The notes under the pieces were generated by a model that was not told the DNA's origin, ran no database searches, and was given only the letters and a program-made list of their open reading frames with translations. The translations under genes were made by a program, and so were the position numbers. 64,000 nt of DNA, from positions 3,078-67,077 of the forward strand of contig CANBSW010000001.1 in the NCBI GenBank assembly GCA_947372235.1. Reading direction: 5' to 3'. Positions within the stretch are counted from its first letter, which is position 1, and each line of letters opens with the position of its first letter. This document shows positions 57,210-64,000 of this stretch, piece after piece. Origin of the DNA: Chitinophagaceae bacterium (GTDB lineage: Bacteria; Bacteroidota; Bacteroidia; Chitinophagales; Chitinophagaceae).

Positions 57210-57851
57210 GTGAAACACCTGACCCTACATATCACCTTTTGTTTCTTATTGGCTTTCTGTTTTCAAAACAGGACAGAAGCTCAGCGTAGTTCATTAGATA
57301 CAATTAAGGTATTTGCATTTATCTCTGCACAGGGCGATACCATTCCTTCTGATTTTCTTCCTCCGGTGGAAGTGTATGCAAAGCTTACCCATAAATGGAA
57401 AAATTACTGGGCCGACTGGACAAGACTCCGCAATGCAGTTTATGTTACATTTCCATATGCAAAAAGAGCGGGAATGATTATGAACCAGATCAATGCACAA
57501 CTGGCAAATGTGAATGACCGTGCCAAGCGCAGACAAATTATAAAAGCGCGTGAAAAAGATCTGAAAAAAGAGTTTACGGATAAACTAACCCAGCTGTCTA
57601 TTTACCAGGGAAAAGTATTGATGAAACTGATTTATCGCGAAACAGGCAATAACTGTTACGAGATCATTGATGAATACAAAGGTTTTCTCAACGCTGCATT
57701 CTGGCAAACGGTTGCGGTTGTTTTTGGCAGCAGCCTGAAACAGGAATATGAACCGGGAGGGAAAGATAAGGATATGGAAAAAATTGTACGCGATGTAGAA
57801 GTGATGTATGGCTACAGAAGCCATCTCAATAATACCACAGGTCAGCCATAA
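57210..57851 (+). CDS. DUF4294 family protein
   Basis: RNAVYVTFPYA, QG-x-VLMKLIYRETG and FWQTVA-x-x-FGSSLK-x-x-Y-x-P motifs. Confidence 0.85.
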   Translation: MKHLTLHITFCFLLAFCFQNRTEAQRSSLDTIKVFAFISAQGDTIPSDFLPPVEVYAKLTHKWKNYWADWTRLRNAVYVTFPYAKRAGMIMNQINAQLANVNDRAKRRQIIKAREKDLKKEFTDKLTQLSIYQGKVLMKLIYRETGNNCYEIIDEYKGFLNAAFWQTVAVVFGSSLKQEYEPGGKDKDMEKIVRDVEVMYGYRSHLNNTTGQP

Positions 57852-58486
57852 ATTTTGATGATCTTCATAAACTGTTCACGCGGTATCATTTCTGCTCCCA
57901 GACTTTCTAAGTGTTCTGTATGAACCTGACAATCGATCAGGAAAACATTTTCCTTTCTTAGATGATCCACATATTTGATAAAAGCAAATTTACTTGCATT
58001 GCTTTTTTTACTGAACATACTCTCGCCAAAAAAAAGATTTCCCATTCGTATTCCATACAATCCTCCCACCAATTCATTATCCATCCATGTTTCAGCGCAA
58101 TGGGCGTAACCACGGGCGTGTAATTCATTCAGTGAGAGTTCCAGTTCATCGGTGATCCAGGTGCCGTCCTGTCCTTTACGCTGCAGTTCCTTACAGTGAT
58201 TGATCACCTGTGAAAAAGCGGTATTGATACTGAACCGAAATTGTTTTTTCCGTATCACAGTTTCCATACTCTTACTCACTTTCAATTTCTCAGGAAACAA
58301 TACAAACCGTGGATCGGGGCACCACCAAAGTGGAACATCTCCGTCATACCATGGGAAAATGCCTTGTTGATATGCAAGGATTAATCTCTCCACACTAACA
58401 TCGCCACCCATTGCCAGCAAGCCATCTTCCATAGCTTCCGTAACCGGAGGAAACCAAATGTTTTGATCAAGGGCGTAGAGAGGCAT
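57842..58486 (-). CDS. aat: Leucyl/phenylalanyl-tRNA-protein transferase
   Basis: GLLAMGGD, AYQQGIFPWY, WWCPDPR, LVGGLYG, FFGESMFS and IDCQ motifs. Start ATG 58486. Confidence 0.95.
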   Translation of the reverse strand: MPLYALDQNIWFPPVTEAMEDGLLAMGGDVSVERLILAYQQGIFPWYDGDVPLWWCPDPRFVLFPEKLKVSKSMETVIRKKQFRFSINTAFSQVINHCKELQRKGQDGTWITDELELSLNELHARGYAHCAETWMDNELVGGLYGIRMGNLFFGESMFSKKSNASKFAFIKYVDHLRKENVFLIDCQVHTEHLESLGAEMIPREQFMKIIKIYG

Positions 58487-58508
58487 AGTTGGGTTATATA
58501 TAGTTGGG

Positions 58509-58591
58509 AAGTCAGGAGTCCGCAAGTCCGCAAGTCGGAAAGATTAATACTGGATGTAATTACCAATTATTAATTCCTAATTACTAATTGA
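58509..58591. repeat. Two adjacent heptamer arrays (AGTCCGC type; TAATTAC type)
   Basis: gaagtca-ggagtcc-gcaagtc-cgcaagtc...; taattac-caattat-taattcc-taattac-taattga (reverse complement of the AATTAG family; overlaps the clpS stop). Confidence 0.62.
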
Positions 58592-58885
58592 TTCAATCGT
58601 CGCTCCAATACCTCTATCCGTTATGGCATCACACATGGGTTTCAGGGTTTCGTAATCACCTTTTTTAACGGCGTACTTGCCCTGGGTATGAATCAGCATA
58701 GCACATTGTTCTGCCTGTTCCGGAGAATGGCTACATATTTTGATCAGGGTTTCGATCACCCATTCAAAAGTATTCACTTCGTCATTCCAAACTATCAAGC
58801 TATACTTGGAAGCGAGTTCCGTAATCACGTCCGTATCCGATTCCTGCCAGGGTTTGGTGGCTTCATTGTTACTATCCCACATCAT
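58577..58885 (-). CDS. clpS: ATP-dependent Clp protease adaptor ClpS
   Basis: LIVWNDEVNTFEWVI, EQAEQCA-x-LIH-x-x-GK. Confidence 0.92.
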   Translation of the reverse strand: MMWDSNNEATKPWQESDTDVITELASKYSLIVWNDEVNTFEWVIETLIKICSHSPEQAEQCAMLIHTQGKYAVKKGDYETLKPMCDAITDRGIGATIESISN

Positions 58886-58956
58886 AAAACAAAGGTAATT
58901 GTTGGGTGGATATTCTTCAATCAGAACAGAATTCTGTTTATGTTAATTCAAAAATA

Positions 58957-58988
58957 AAAAGGGTTTCAAATGAATGAAACCCTTTTAT
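58957..58988 (-). terminator. Terminator downstream of tRNA-Val
   Basis: AAAAGGGTTTCA-AATGAA-TGAAACCCTTTT. Confidence 0.8.
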
Positions 58989-58992
58989 TCTG

Positions 58993-59067
58993 TGGGGGCA
59001 CACGGGTTCGAACCGCGGACCCTCTGCTTGTAAGGCAGATGCTCTAAACCAGCTGAGCTATGCCCCC
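58993..59067 (-). tRNA. tRNA-Val (anticodon TAC), CCA not encoded
   Basis: Minus strand GGGGGCATAGCTCAGCTGGTTTAGAGCATCTGCCTTACAAGCAGAGGGTCCGCGGTTCGAACCCGTGTGCCCCCA; acceptor stem GGGGGCA/TGCCCCC, TTCGA T-loop. Confidence 0.97.
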
Positions 59068-59084
59068 TTGTTTGTTTGGGAGTG

Positions 59085-59092
59085 CAAAAATA
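59085..59092 (-). promoter_or_regulatory. Bacteroidota sigma70 -7 element for tRNA-Val
   Basis: Minus strand TATTTTTG matches TAnnTTTG, about 17 nt before the mature tRNA. Confidence 0.6.
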
Positions 59093-59138
59093 GGGTCTGA
59101 GCCGTAACCTCCAAAAAAAAGTTTGTATTTCTTTTAAA

Positions 59139-59429
59139 TTAGTTCAATTGAAGGGCAGGTAAACGATAATGCTGACTATCATACACAAACAATTCTTCTA
59201 TATGGTAAGTCCAGTATTTATATAAAGGAGATTTTGCAATATAACCATCCGCTTCGCCTTTAGTTTCTGTATTTAAAGTGATCCAGCAGGTTTGGCTTTC
59301 CATACTTACTGCATAACTGTCAATAATGCCTTTATTGATCAAATAATTGATATAAGTGCGGTGTGGCGGCACAAACGACATAAATTGCTCATCCATCGTA
59401 AACTTGATAATCGCCTGGAACTTATTCAT
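59139..59429 (-). CDS. Muconolactone isomerase/YciI-like small alpha/beta protein
   Basis: P-x-HR-x-x-IN-x-L-x-x-KG-x-I-x-SYAVS...W...SPL-x-x-Y pattern. Start ATG 59429. Confidence 0.65.
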   Translation of the reverse strand: MNKFQAIIKFTMDEQFMSFVPPHRTYINYLINKGIIDSYAVSMESQTCWITLNTETKGEADGYIAKSPLYKYWTYHIEELFVYDSQHYRLPALQLN

Positions 59430-59559
59430 ACTTCTCGGTTTTACAGGGTTCATACTGCAATATTCATGCAGTAGTTGATCAGATGGCAAACTGGCAATCG
59501 AGGGGCAATTCTTCTGCAGTTATAGCAGTAACTTAGCAGCCATACTAATTTACAGATAT

Positions 59560-59892
59560 ATGGTGAAAACAGTTGGATTACTTTTATTGTCGAATATTTT
59601 TATGACGTTTGCCTGGTATGGGCACCTGAAAGAGAAGGGTTTATCACTCTGGAAAGCGATATTGATCAGTTGGGGGATCGCCTTTTTTGAATACTGTTTA
59701 ATGGTGCCTGCCAACAGGGCGGGTTTTGCCAGCGGACTAAATGGCTTTCAGCTAAAAATTACCCAGGAGATCATTACATTAATTGTGTTCAGCTTTTTTG
59801 CTGTATGGTACTTGAAAGAACCGTTTGAAACCAAATACCTGATCAGTTTTCTGTTTATTGTTGGAGCAGTTTATTTTGCTTTTAAGAAATAA
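59560..59892 (+). CDS. DMT-family small membrane protein (DUF486)
   Basis: SNIFMTFAWYGHLK, SWGIAFFEY-x-x-x-VPANR and QLKITQE motifs. Confidence 0.92.
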   Translation: MVKTVGLLLLSNIFMTFAWYGHLKEKGLSLWKAILISWGIAFFEYCLMVPANRAGFASGLNGFQLKITQEIITLIVFSFFAVWYLKEPFETKYLISFLFIVGAVYFAFKK

Positions 59893-59960
59893 AATAAAAA
59901 AGGGCATCCCGTTATGGTTTGCCCTTTGCTCATATACCCCCCGGTATAAAAACTGAAATC

Positions 59961-60302
59961 TTAACGGGACTCCTGTTTATTATTTTTAAGTCTTCTTAAT
60001 AAACCTCTTTTTTGTTGTGGCGACAGACTATCTACCTTACTCATGATCTTGTCACGTAAGTCTTTCTTTTGTTCAGGACTAAGATTTTCAGCTTTGCTTT
60101 TCATTTTATCACGCATTTCTTTCTTTTCTTCCGGTGATAAACTATCATAACGAGCCCTGAGTTTTTGCCTGATCTCTTGTTTCTGTTCAGGGCTTAAACT
60201 ATCAAGTATGGCTTTTTTGTTGAATTTAGGGATGCCTTTTTGGGCAAATGCCTGAGTAAATGAAAATCCGATTACCAGAGTTAGAAGCAGGAACTTTCTC
60301 AT
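59961..60302 (-). CDS. Secreted helical-repeat protein (four 19-aa repeats)
   Basis: Signal peptide; DSLSPEQK / DSLSPEEK / ENLSPEQK / DSLSPQQK at 19-aa spacing. Confidence 0.8.
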   Translation of the reverse strand: MRKFLLLTLVIGFSFTQAFAQKGIPKFNKKAILDSLSPEQKQEIRQKLRARYDSLSPEEKKEMRDKMKSKAENLSPEQKKDLRDKIMSKVDSLSPQQKRGLLRRLKNNKQESR

Positions 60303-60384
60303 GCAAAGTTTTTTAATTAGACCGGACTTGAACTAAAAGGTTTAAAAGTATCAGATTTTTTTTGAATTGAGGAGAATGATAATG

Positions 60385-60452
60385 TTTTTTCAACGCAGAG
60401 TAGCGTATCTCTGCGAAAACGCTGCGTTCTCATGTTCTCCGCGGTGAAGAAA
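60385..60452. repeat. CGCAGAG/CTCTGCG-type palindromic element
   Basis: TTTTTTCAACGCAGAGTAGCGTATCTCTGCG...ATGTTCTCCGCGGTGAAGAAA. Confidence 0.6.
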
Positions 60453-60469
60453 GTCACGAACCCCAGCCA

Positions 60470-61495
60470 CTATAAAACCAACTTAGCAATCCGCCCATTA
60501 CTACCCGCCAGAAAAACAGCATTTCCTTTTTTAGCTTTCTGACAAACATGGTAGCTTTCTTTGGAGATGAGTTCCCAATTATTGCCACCATCTATAGAAA
60601 TATCGATACCTGAAGTGCCGCAAGTGATGAGATTTTTTTCATCCATATAAATAACACAGGAACGGTAGCCGTGGGGTGGGGTTTGAGGTATTGTAAAAAT
60701 AAATTTCTCTTTTTCATATTTAAATAATGCACAATTATTGTTAGAGATAGTGTCTTTGGCAAAATCACCACCCACAATAATTCCCTTCTTTTTTGATTCG
60801 AAATAATCAATAGAATTTGCACCTGTAGAAGTTGCCCCTTTCATAATAGGAATTGGCTGATCTGAAATATCATTAACACTATAAATATTAGCTTCTTTCC
60901 CACCTGAAGCAATAAATGTTCCACCAGATCTGATCATTTTTAAGTTTGTGCCGCTGGAAGCAAAAAAAGCTTCGTCTTTTGCGTGCATCGGAATTTTTTC
61001 CAACTTGTGAAAAGGTTTCCATGTTTCTCCACCATCATAGGTTTCTGCAATAAACATATATTCAGCAATTGGGTCACCTATGAGGGTACCATTTTTAGAA
61101 TCAGCAAAATCCATGGCATCAAAAAAAGCTCCCTTTGTAGTATCCTCAAAAACTTTTGTCCAGTTAGCACCTCCATCCTTTGTTTTTAGCACAACTGCGG
61201 GCGTTGTTATTCCCATAATGATGGCTGTATTTTCATCAAAAGCCTCAATATCCCTGAAATCATTTTTTTCATAACCGGGCACTTTCATCCAGGTAAATGT
61301 ATTGCCTCCATCAACAGAACGGGCAACAGAGCCGCCGCTGCCACTGGCCCAGATGATTTTATCAGTTACAACACTAAGTCCACGTATGCTGATTCTCTTT
61401 CCGGATTCAAGTATTTTAATGGTGGGTTGCTGAGCTTTGCCTGTAAACATCCACAAAACAGATACGATAACTGAAAATATTTTTAAATACCGCAT
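60470..61495 (-). CDS. Ycf48-like / BNR-repeat beta-propeller protein
   Basis: Signal peptide; SVDGGNTF, TKDGGANW, TYDGGETW and SIDGGNNW Asp-boxes. Start ATG 61495. Confidence 0.88.
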   Translation of the reverse strand: MRYLKIFSVIVSVLWMFTGKAQQPTIKILESGKRISIRGLSVVTDKIIWASGSGGSVARSVDGGNTFTWMKVPGYEKNDFRDIEAFDENTAIIMGITTPAVVLKTKDGGANWTKVFEDTTKGAFFDAMDFADSKNGTLIGDPIAEYMFIAETYDGGETWKPFHKLEKIPMHAKDEAFFASSGTNLKMIRSGGTFIASGGKEANIYSVNDISDQPIPIMKGATSTGANSIDYFESKKKGIIVGGDFAKDTISNNNCALFKYEKEKFIFTIPQTPPHGYRSCVIYMDEKNLITCGTSGIDISIDGGNNWELISKESYHVCQKAKKGNAVFLAGSNGRIAKLVL

Positions 61496-61525
61496 AGGAA
61501 CTACATTTTTGCAAACTAATATACA

Positions 61526-61560
61526 CAATTCATACTTCATACTTCGTAAATCGTACCTGA
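61526..61560. repeat. Degenerate heptamer array
   Basis: caattca-tacttca-tacttcg-taaatcg-tacctga. Confidence 0.6.
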
Positions 61561-61561
61561 T

Positions 61562-62311
61562 ATGATTCCTTACTGGATGAGCCGTACCCAATTATTATTG
61601 GGGGATGAAAAGATAGAAGCCTTACAAACCAAAAATGTATTGGTGGTAGGACTGGGTGGTGTTGGTGGAATCTGTGCTGAAATGATTGCCCGTGCAGGAG
61701 TTGGTAAAATGACTATTGTTGATGCTGACACGGTTGATCTGAGTAATGCCAACCGACAGATACCAGCCTTACATTCCACCGCTGGTAAAGGGAAAGCAGA
61801 AGTGATGGCAGAACGATTGAAAGATATTAATCCGGAACTTGATCTCACTGTGTTGCATGTTTACATCAAAGAAGAATTGACCATACAAATACTGGAAGAA
61901 GGTAATTTTGATTATGCGGTGGATTGTATTGATACACTTTCTCCTAAAGTATTTTTTATCAAAGCCTGTAAAGACAGGAATATCCCCATTGTAAGTTCGC
62001 TGGGTGCCGGAGGAAAAATGGACCCTTCACAAGTTGTGATCACAGATATTTCCAAAACGTATCAATGCAATCTGGCCAGTTATGTTCGAAAGAAACTAAA
62101 CGCATTGGGTATCAGAAAAGGATTGAAAGTTGTGTTCAGCGCAGAGCCGGTTGATCAGGAAAGAGTAATTGTAACCGAAAAAGCCTTCCCCAAAAAATCA
62201 ATCATCGGCACCATCAGTTATATGCCGGCTATTTTTGGTTGTATGGTTGCGAGTGTGGTGATCAGAGATCTGTTAGAACAGATGAATATTGAACAGGGAA
62301 CTGATGAATGA
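61562..62311 (+). CDS. tcdA: tRNA threonylcarbamoyladenosine dehydratase (ThiF/E1-like)
   Basis: VVGLGGVGG, SNANRQ, DCID, SSLGAGGK-x-DP and GTISYMPAIFG motifs. Confidence 0.92.
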   Translation: MIPYWMSRTQLLLGDEKIEALQTKNVLVVGLGGVGGICAEMIARAGVGKMTIVDADTVDLSNANRQIPALHSTAGKGKAEVMAERLKDINPELDLTVLHVYIKEELTIQILEEGNFDYAVDCIDTLSPKVFFIKACKDRNIPIVSSLGAGGKMDPSQVVITDISKTYQCNLASYVRKKLNALGIRKGLKVVFSAEPVDQERVIVTEKAFPKKSIIGTISYMPAIFGCMVASVVIRDLLEQMNIEQGTDE

Positions 62312-62393
62312 TGAACGTTACTGCGAGGTACGAAGCAGCCTGTGTCTCAAATAACAACATGAATGATGAAATACAGCTTGCTTCGTTCCTCGC
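62276..62393. repeat. GAACAGATGAATGATGAA arm followed by a GCGAGG(T/A)ACGAAGCA hairpin element
   Basis: GAACAGATGAATATTGAACAGGGAACTGATGAATGATGAA (62276-62315); GCGAGGTACGAAGCA(62323)...TGCTTCGTTCCTCGC(62393). Confidence 0.72.
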
Positions 62394-62399
62394 TGCCTT

Positions 62400-63572
62400 T
62401 TAATACAACAAATACCCCTCAATCTTATTCTTCCAAGTCCTGCATTGTGTCAGTTTTGTGATCTCTGCAATAAACCTCGCCAATGGAAGATCAAACAATG
62501 TTTCGCTGTTAGAAATACCTAATAATTTATCAAGATGATGATTACCACTTGGATTTACCAATGTAGGGTAAGGCTTCCAGGTAAATTGTTGTGGAAACAT
62601 TTGTTTGATCAGCCTGATCAATAGTAAACCAAAGGAAACCGATTGAAAATAATGAGGTTCGCGTACTTCAAATTGAACACCGTTGCAAATTTGTTGATAA
62701 TATTTGCTGTTACTATCCTTTGGTGTAAATGATATTGGCGTAACAGCTACATCATCCAGCCCCATATCATTTAAAATAACGGCAATGGCATTTCCGTTAA
62801 TCCATGGTGCACCTGCACAGCAAAACGAAAGATCTGTTCCCCGTCCTTCACTGATATTGGTGGCTTCCAGGAGGCAAAGTCCCGGATATAATAACATACT
62901 CTCAAAACTTTGAATGGCAGGAGACGTGGGTACAAACCGAATTCCCCAATCAGGTTGAAACTGATTCCGTTCCCAGTTAGTACAGATAATGATCTCAAGA
63001 TCGCAGTGAATATTTTTTTCTTTGTTGAAATACTTTGCCAGTTCACCCAATGTGCAACTGTGCCGGATGGGGATACTCCATCTGCCAATGAATGAGCTCT
63101 GTAATTCATCCAGCATCGGCCCTTCTGCCAGATCCATATTCCCGGAAACAGGATTGGGTCTGTCAAGAATGATCAGTTTCTTTTTCGCAATACTACAGGC
63201 TTCCATTACATAGGTAAGCGTCCATAAATAAGTATAGAATCGGCTGCCTACATCCGGTATATCAAACAACACAATATCTATATCTGCCAGATCAAGAGCC
63301 GATGGAGCCAGTTTGGTACTATATAAACTGATGATGGGTAATCCTGTTAATGCATCAAAACCATCTTTCATTTCATGCCCGTCTGCACCCTGCAGATCCA
63401 GCCCATGCTCCGGCGAAAACAATTTGGTTAGATTGAAATTTTGTTTCAGCAAAGCTTCTCTTGAAGGGTTATTATCATTTGTAGTTGCTGCGTGGTTGGT
63501 TACCAGTGCAATACGTTGATCCTTCAAGGATTGGGAGGAGGAAAGTAATTTATCAATACCAAATTGTATCAT
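62400..63572 (-). CDS. namZ: Exo-beta-N-acetylmuramidase NamZ (DUF1343)
   Basis: FSPEHG, SLYS, D-x-G-x-RFYTY, LDRPNP, RHSCTLGELA and SEGRGT motifs. Start ATG 63572. Confidence 0.9.
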   Translation of the reverse strand: MIQFGIDKLLSSSQSLKDQRIALVTNHAATTNDNNPSREALLKQNFNLTKLFSPEHGLDLQGADGHEMKDGFDALTGLPIISLYSTKLAPSALDLADIDIVLFDIPDVGSRFYTYLWTLTYVMEACSIAKKKLIILDRPNPVSGNMDLAEGPMLDELQSSFIGRWSIPIRHSCTLGELAKYFNKEKNIHCDLEIIICTNWERNQFQPDWGIRFVPTSPAIQSFESMLLYPGLCLLEATNISEGRGTDLSFCCAGAPWINGNAIAVILNDMGLDDVAVTPISFTPKDSNSKYYQQICNGVQFEVREPHYFQSVSFGLLLIRLIKQMFPQQFTWKPYPTLVNPSGNHHLDKLLGISNSETLFDLPLARFIAEITKLTQCRTWKNKIEGYLLY

Positions 63573-63592
63573 GGAGTAAAGGTAGAGAAGTT

Positions 63593-63698
63593 GAACAGAT
63601 GAATGATGAAGTAACAAAAACGGTGAGGAAGCTAGAACGGCCTGAACGATTTTAAACAGAGGAGCATCAACAGGGAACAAGGAACAGATGAATGATGA
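63593..63698. repeat. Two GAACAGATGAATGATGA arms in direct orientation
   Basis: GAACAGATGAATGATGAAGT (63593-63612) and GAACAAGGAACAGATGAATGATGA (to 63698). Confidence 0.7.
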
Positions 63699-63718
63699 TT
63701 AAGCTAAGACTCAAAACT

Positions 63719-64000
63719 TTAAACTTCTCTCTCAAACCCCAACTCATCCTTTAACTGCTCCACCACATTGAAAATAATGGGACAACGATCATAATGCATA
63801 AATGTGGTGAAAAGGCGTCTGGTAAAATTTGGCAAATGTAAAGCGGGGAACTCTTTACAACCTTCAAAACGATGTTCGTACACACTGCATTTATTATCGG
63901 AGAGAAAGGGACAGGGCATGCGGTTCATGATCATGAGTCCGTTACTGCCTTTTTCAAGATATTCTTTGTCGAAGGTCTCACGTGATTGACTAAGATGATC
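63719..64000 (-). CDS. YkgJ-family cysteine cluster protein, 5' part beyond the window
   Basis: Open frame to the edge: DHLSQSRETFDKEYL...PCPFLSDNKCSVYEHRFEGCKEFP (CPFL...C-x-x-Y-x-x-R-x-x-x-C pattern). Confidence 0.85.
   Translation of the reverse strand, partial: DHLSQSRETFDKEYLEKGSNGLMIMNRMPCPFLSDNKCSVYEHRFEGCKEFPALHLPNFTRRLFTTFMHYDRCPIIFNVVEQLKDELGFEREV

Noticed and set aside
58900-60400. Integrative element or prophage at tRNA-Val
   Set aside because: No integrase, no duplicated tRNA 3' end in the window, and the flanking genes are ordinary.
63573-63680. 36-aa N-terminal extension of NamZ in the track
   Set aside because: It runs through a GAACAGATG repeat arm. The family-like sequence starts at ATG 63572.
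14998-63698. Repeat families as CRISPR arrays
   Set aside because: No regularly spaced 25-45-bp direct repeats with unique spacers, and no cas genes. The repeats are dispersed palindromes.
1-64000. Defence systems, transposases, riboswitches, rRNA
   Set aside because: No motifs recognised by eye. A covariance-model (Rfam) and DefenseFinder-type search would be needed to exclude them formally.

Overview
This is 64 kb of an AT-rich Bacteroidota chromosome. The gene set (miaB-sigma54 ATPase-lptE-secG, DUF3078, DUF4294, CxxxY-type CcmE) points to Chitinophagaceae, possibly Sediminibacterium-like; the genus is an inference. Most of the window is housekeeping and envelope genes, with one tRNA-Val(TAC). 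I found no CRISPR array, prophage, integrase or transposase. Three things stand out. (1) In the accessory block at ~2-13.3 kb (beta-barrel, lmo0937 peptide, OmpA, DUF2892, MlaEFD plus an Omp85 barrel, AI-2E, glycine-zipper lipoprotein), five promoters share one exactly spaced architecture: TG(T/A/C)GA(A/T)nnnT(G/A)TAA-N16-T(G/A)TAA-N21/22-(C/A)A(A/T)CTT(T/C)(G/A). This suggests a regulon controlled by one activator, possibly LytTR-like. It lies next to a head-to-head App1-family phosphatase / DAG kinase pair. (2) Intergenic DNA is dense with non-coding repeats: at least three dispersed palindromic families, a 104-bp MITE-like element in two copies (one nested in another inverted repeat), and many unrelated degenerate 7-nt-period arrays. 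Some of these overlap gene ends. (3) There is a compact galactarate cluster (GntP-garD-kdgD), an agmatinase-membrane protein-orphan radical SAM unit, and a TPR sensor-like protein with no kinase domain. Four CDSs absent or incomplete in the supplied ORF track were read by hand: App1 (1-1043), lmo0937 (2713-2868), a 56-aa membrane peptide (29012-29182), and YkgJ (extends to the window edge). All product calls come from motif recognition, not database searches.
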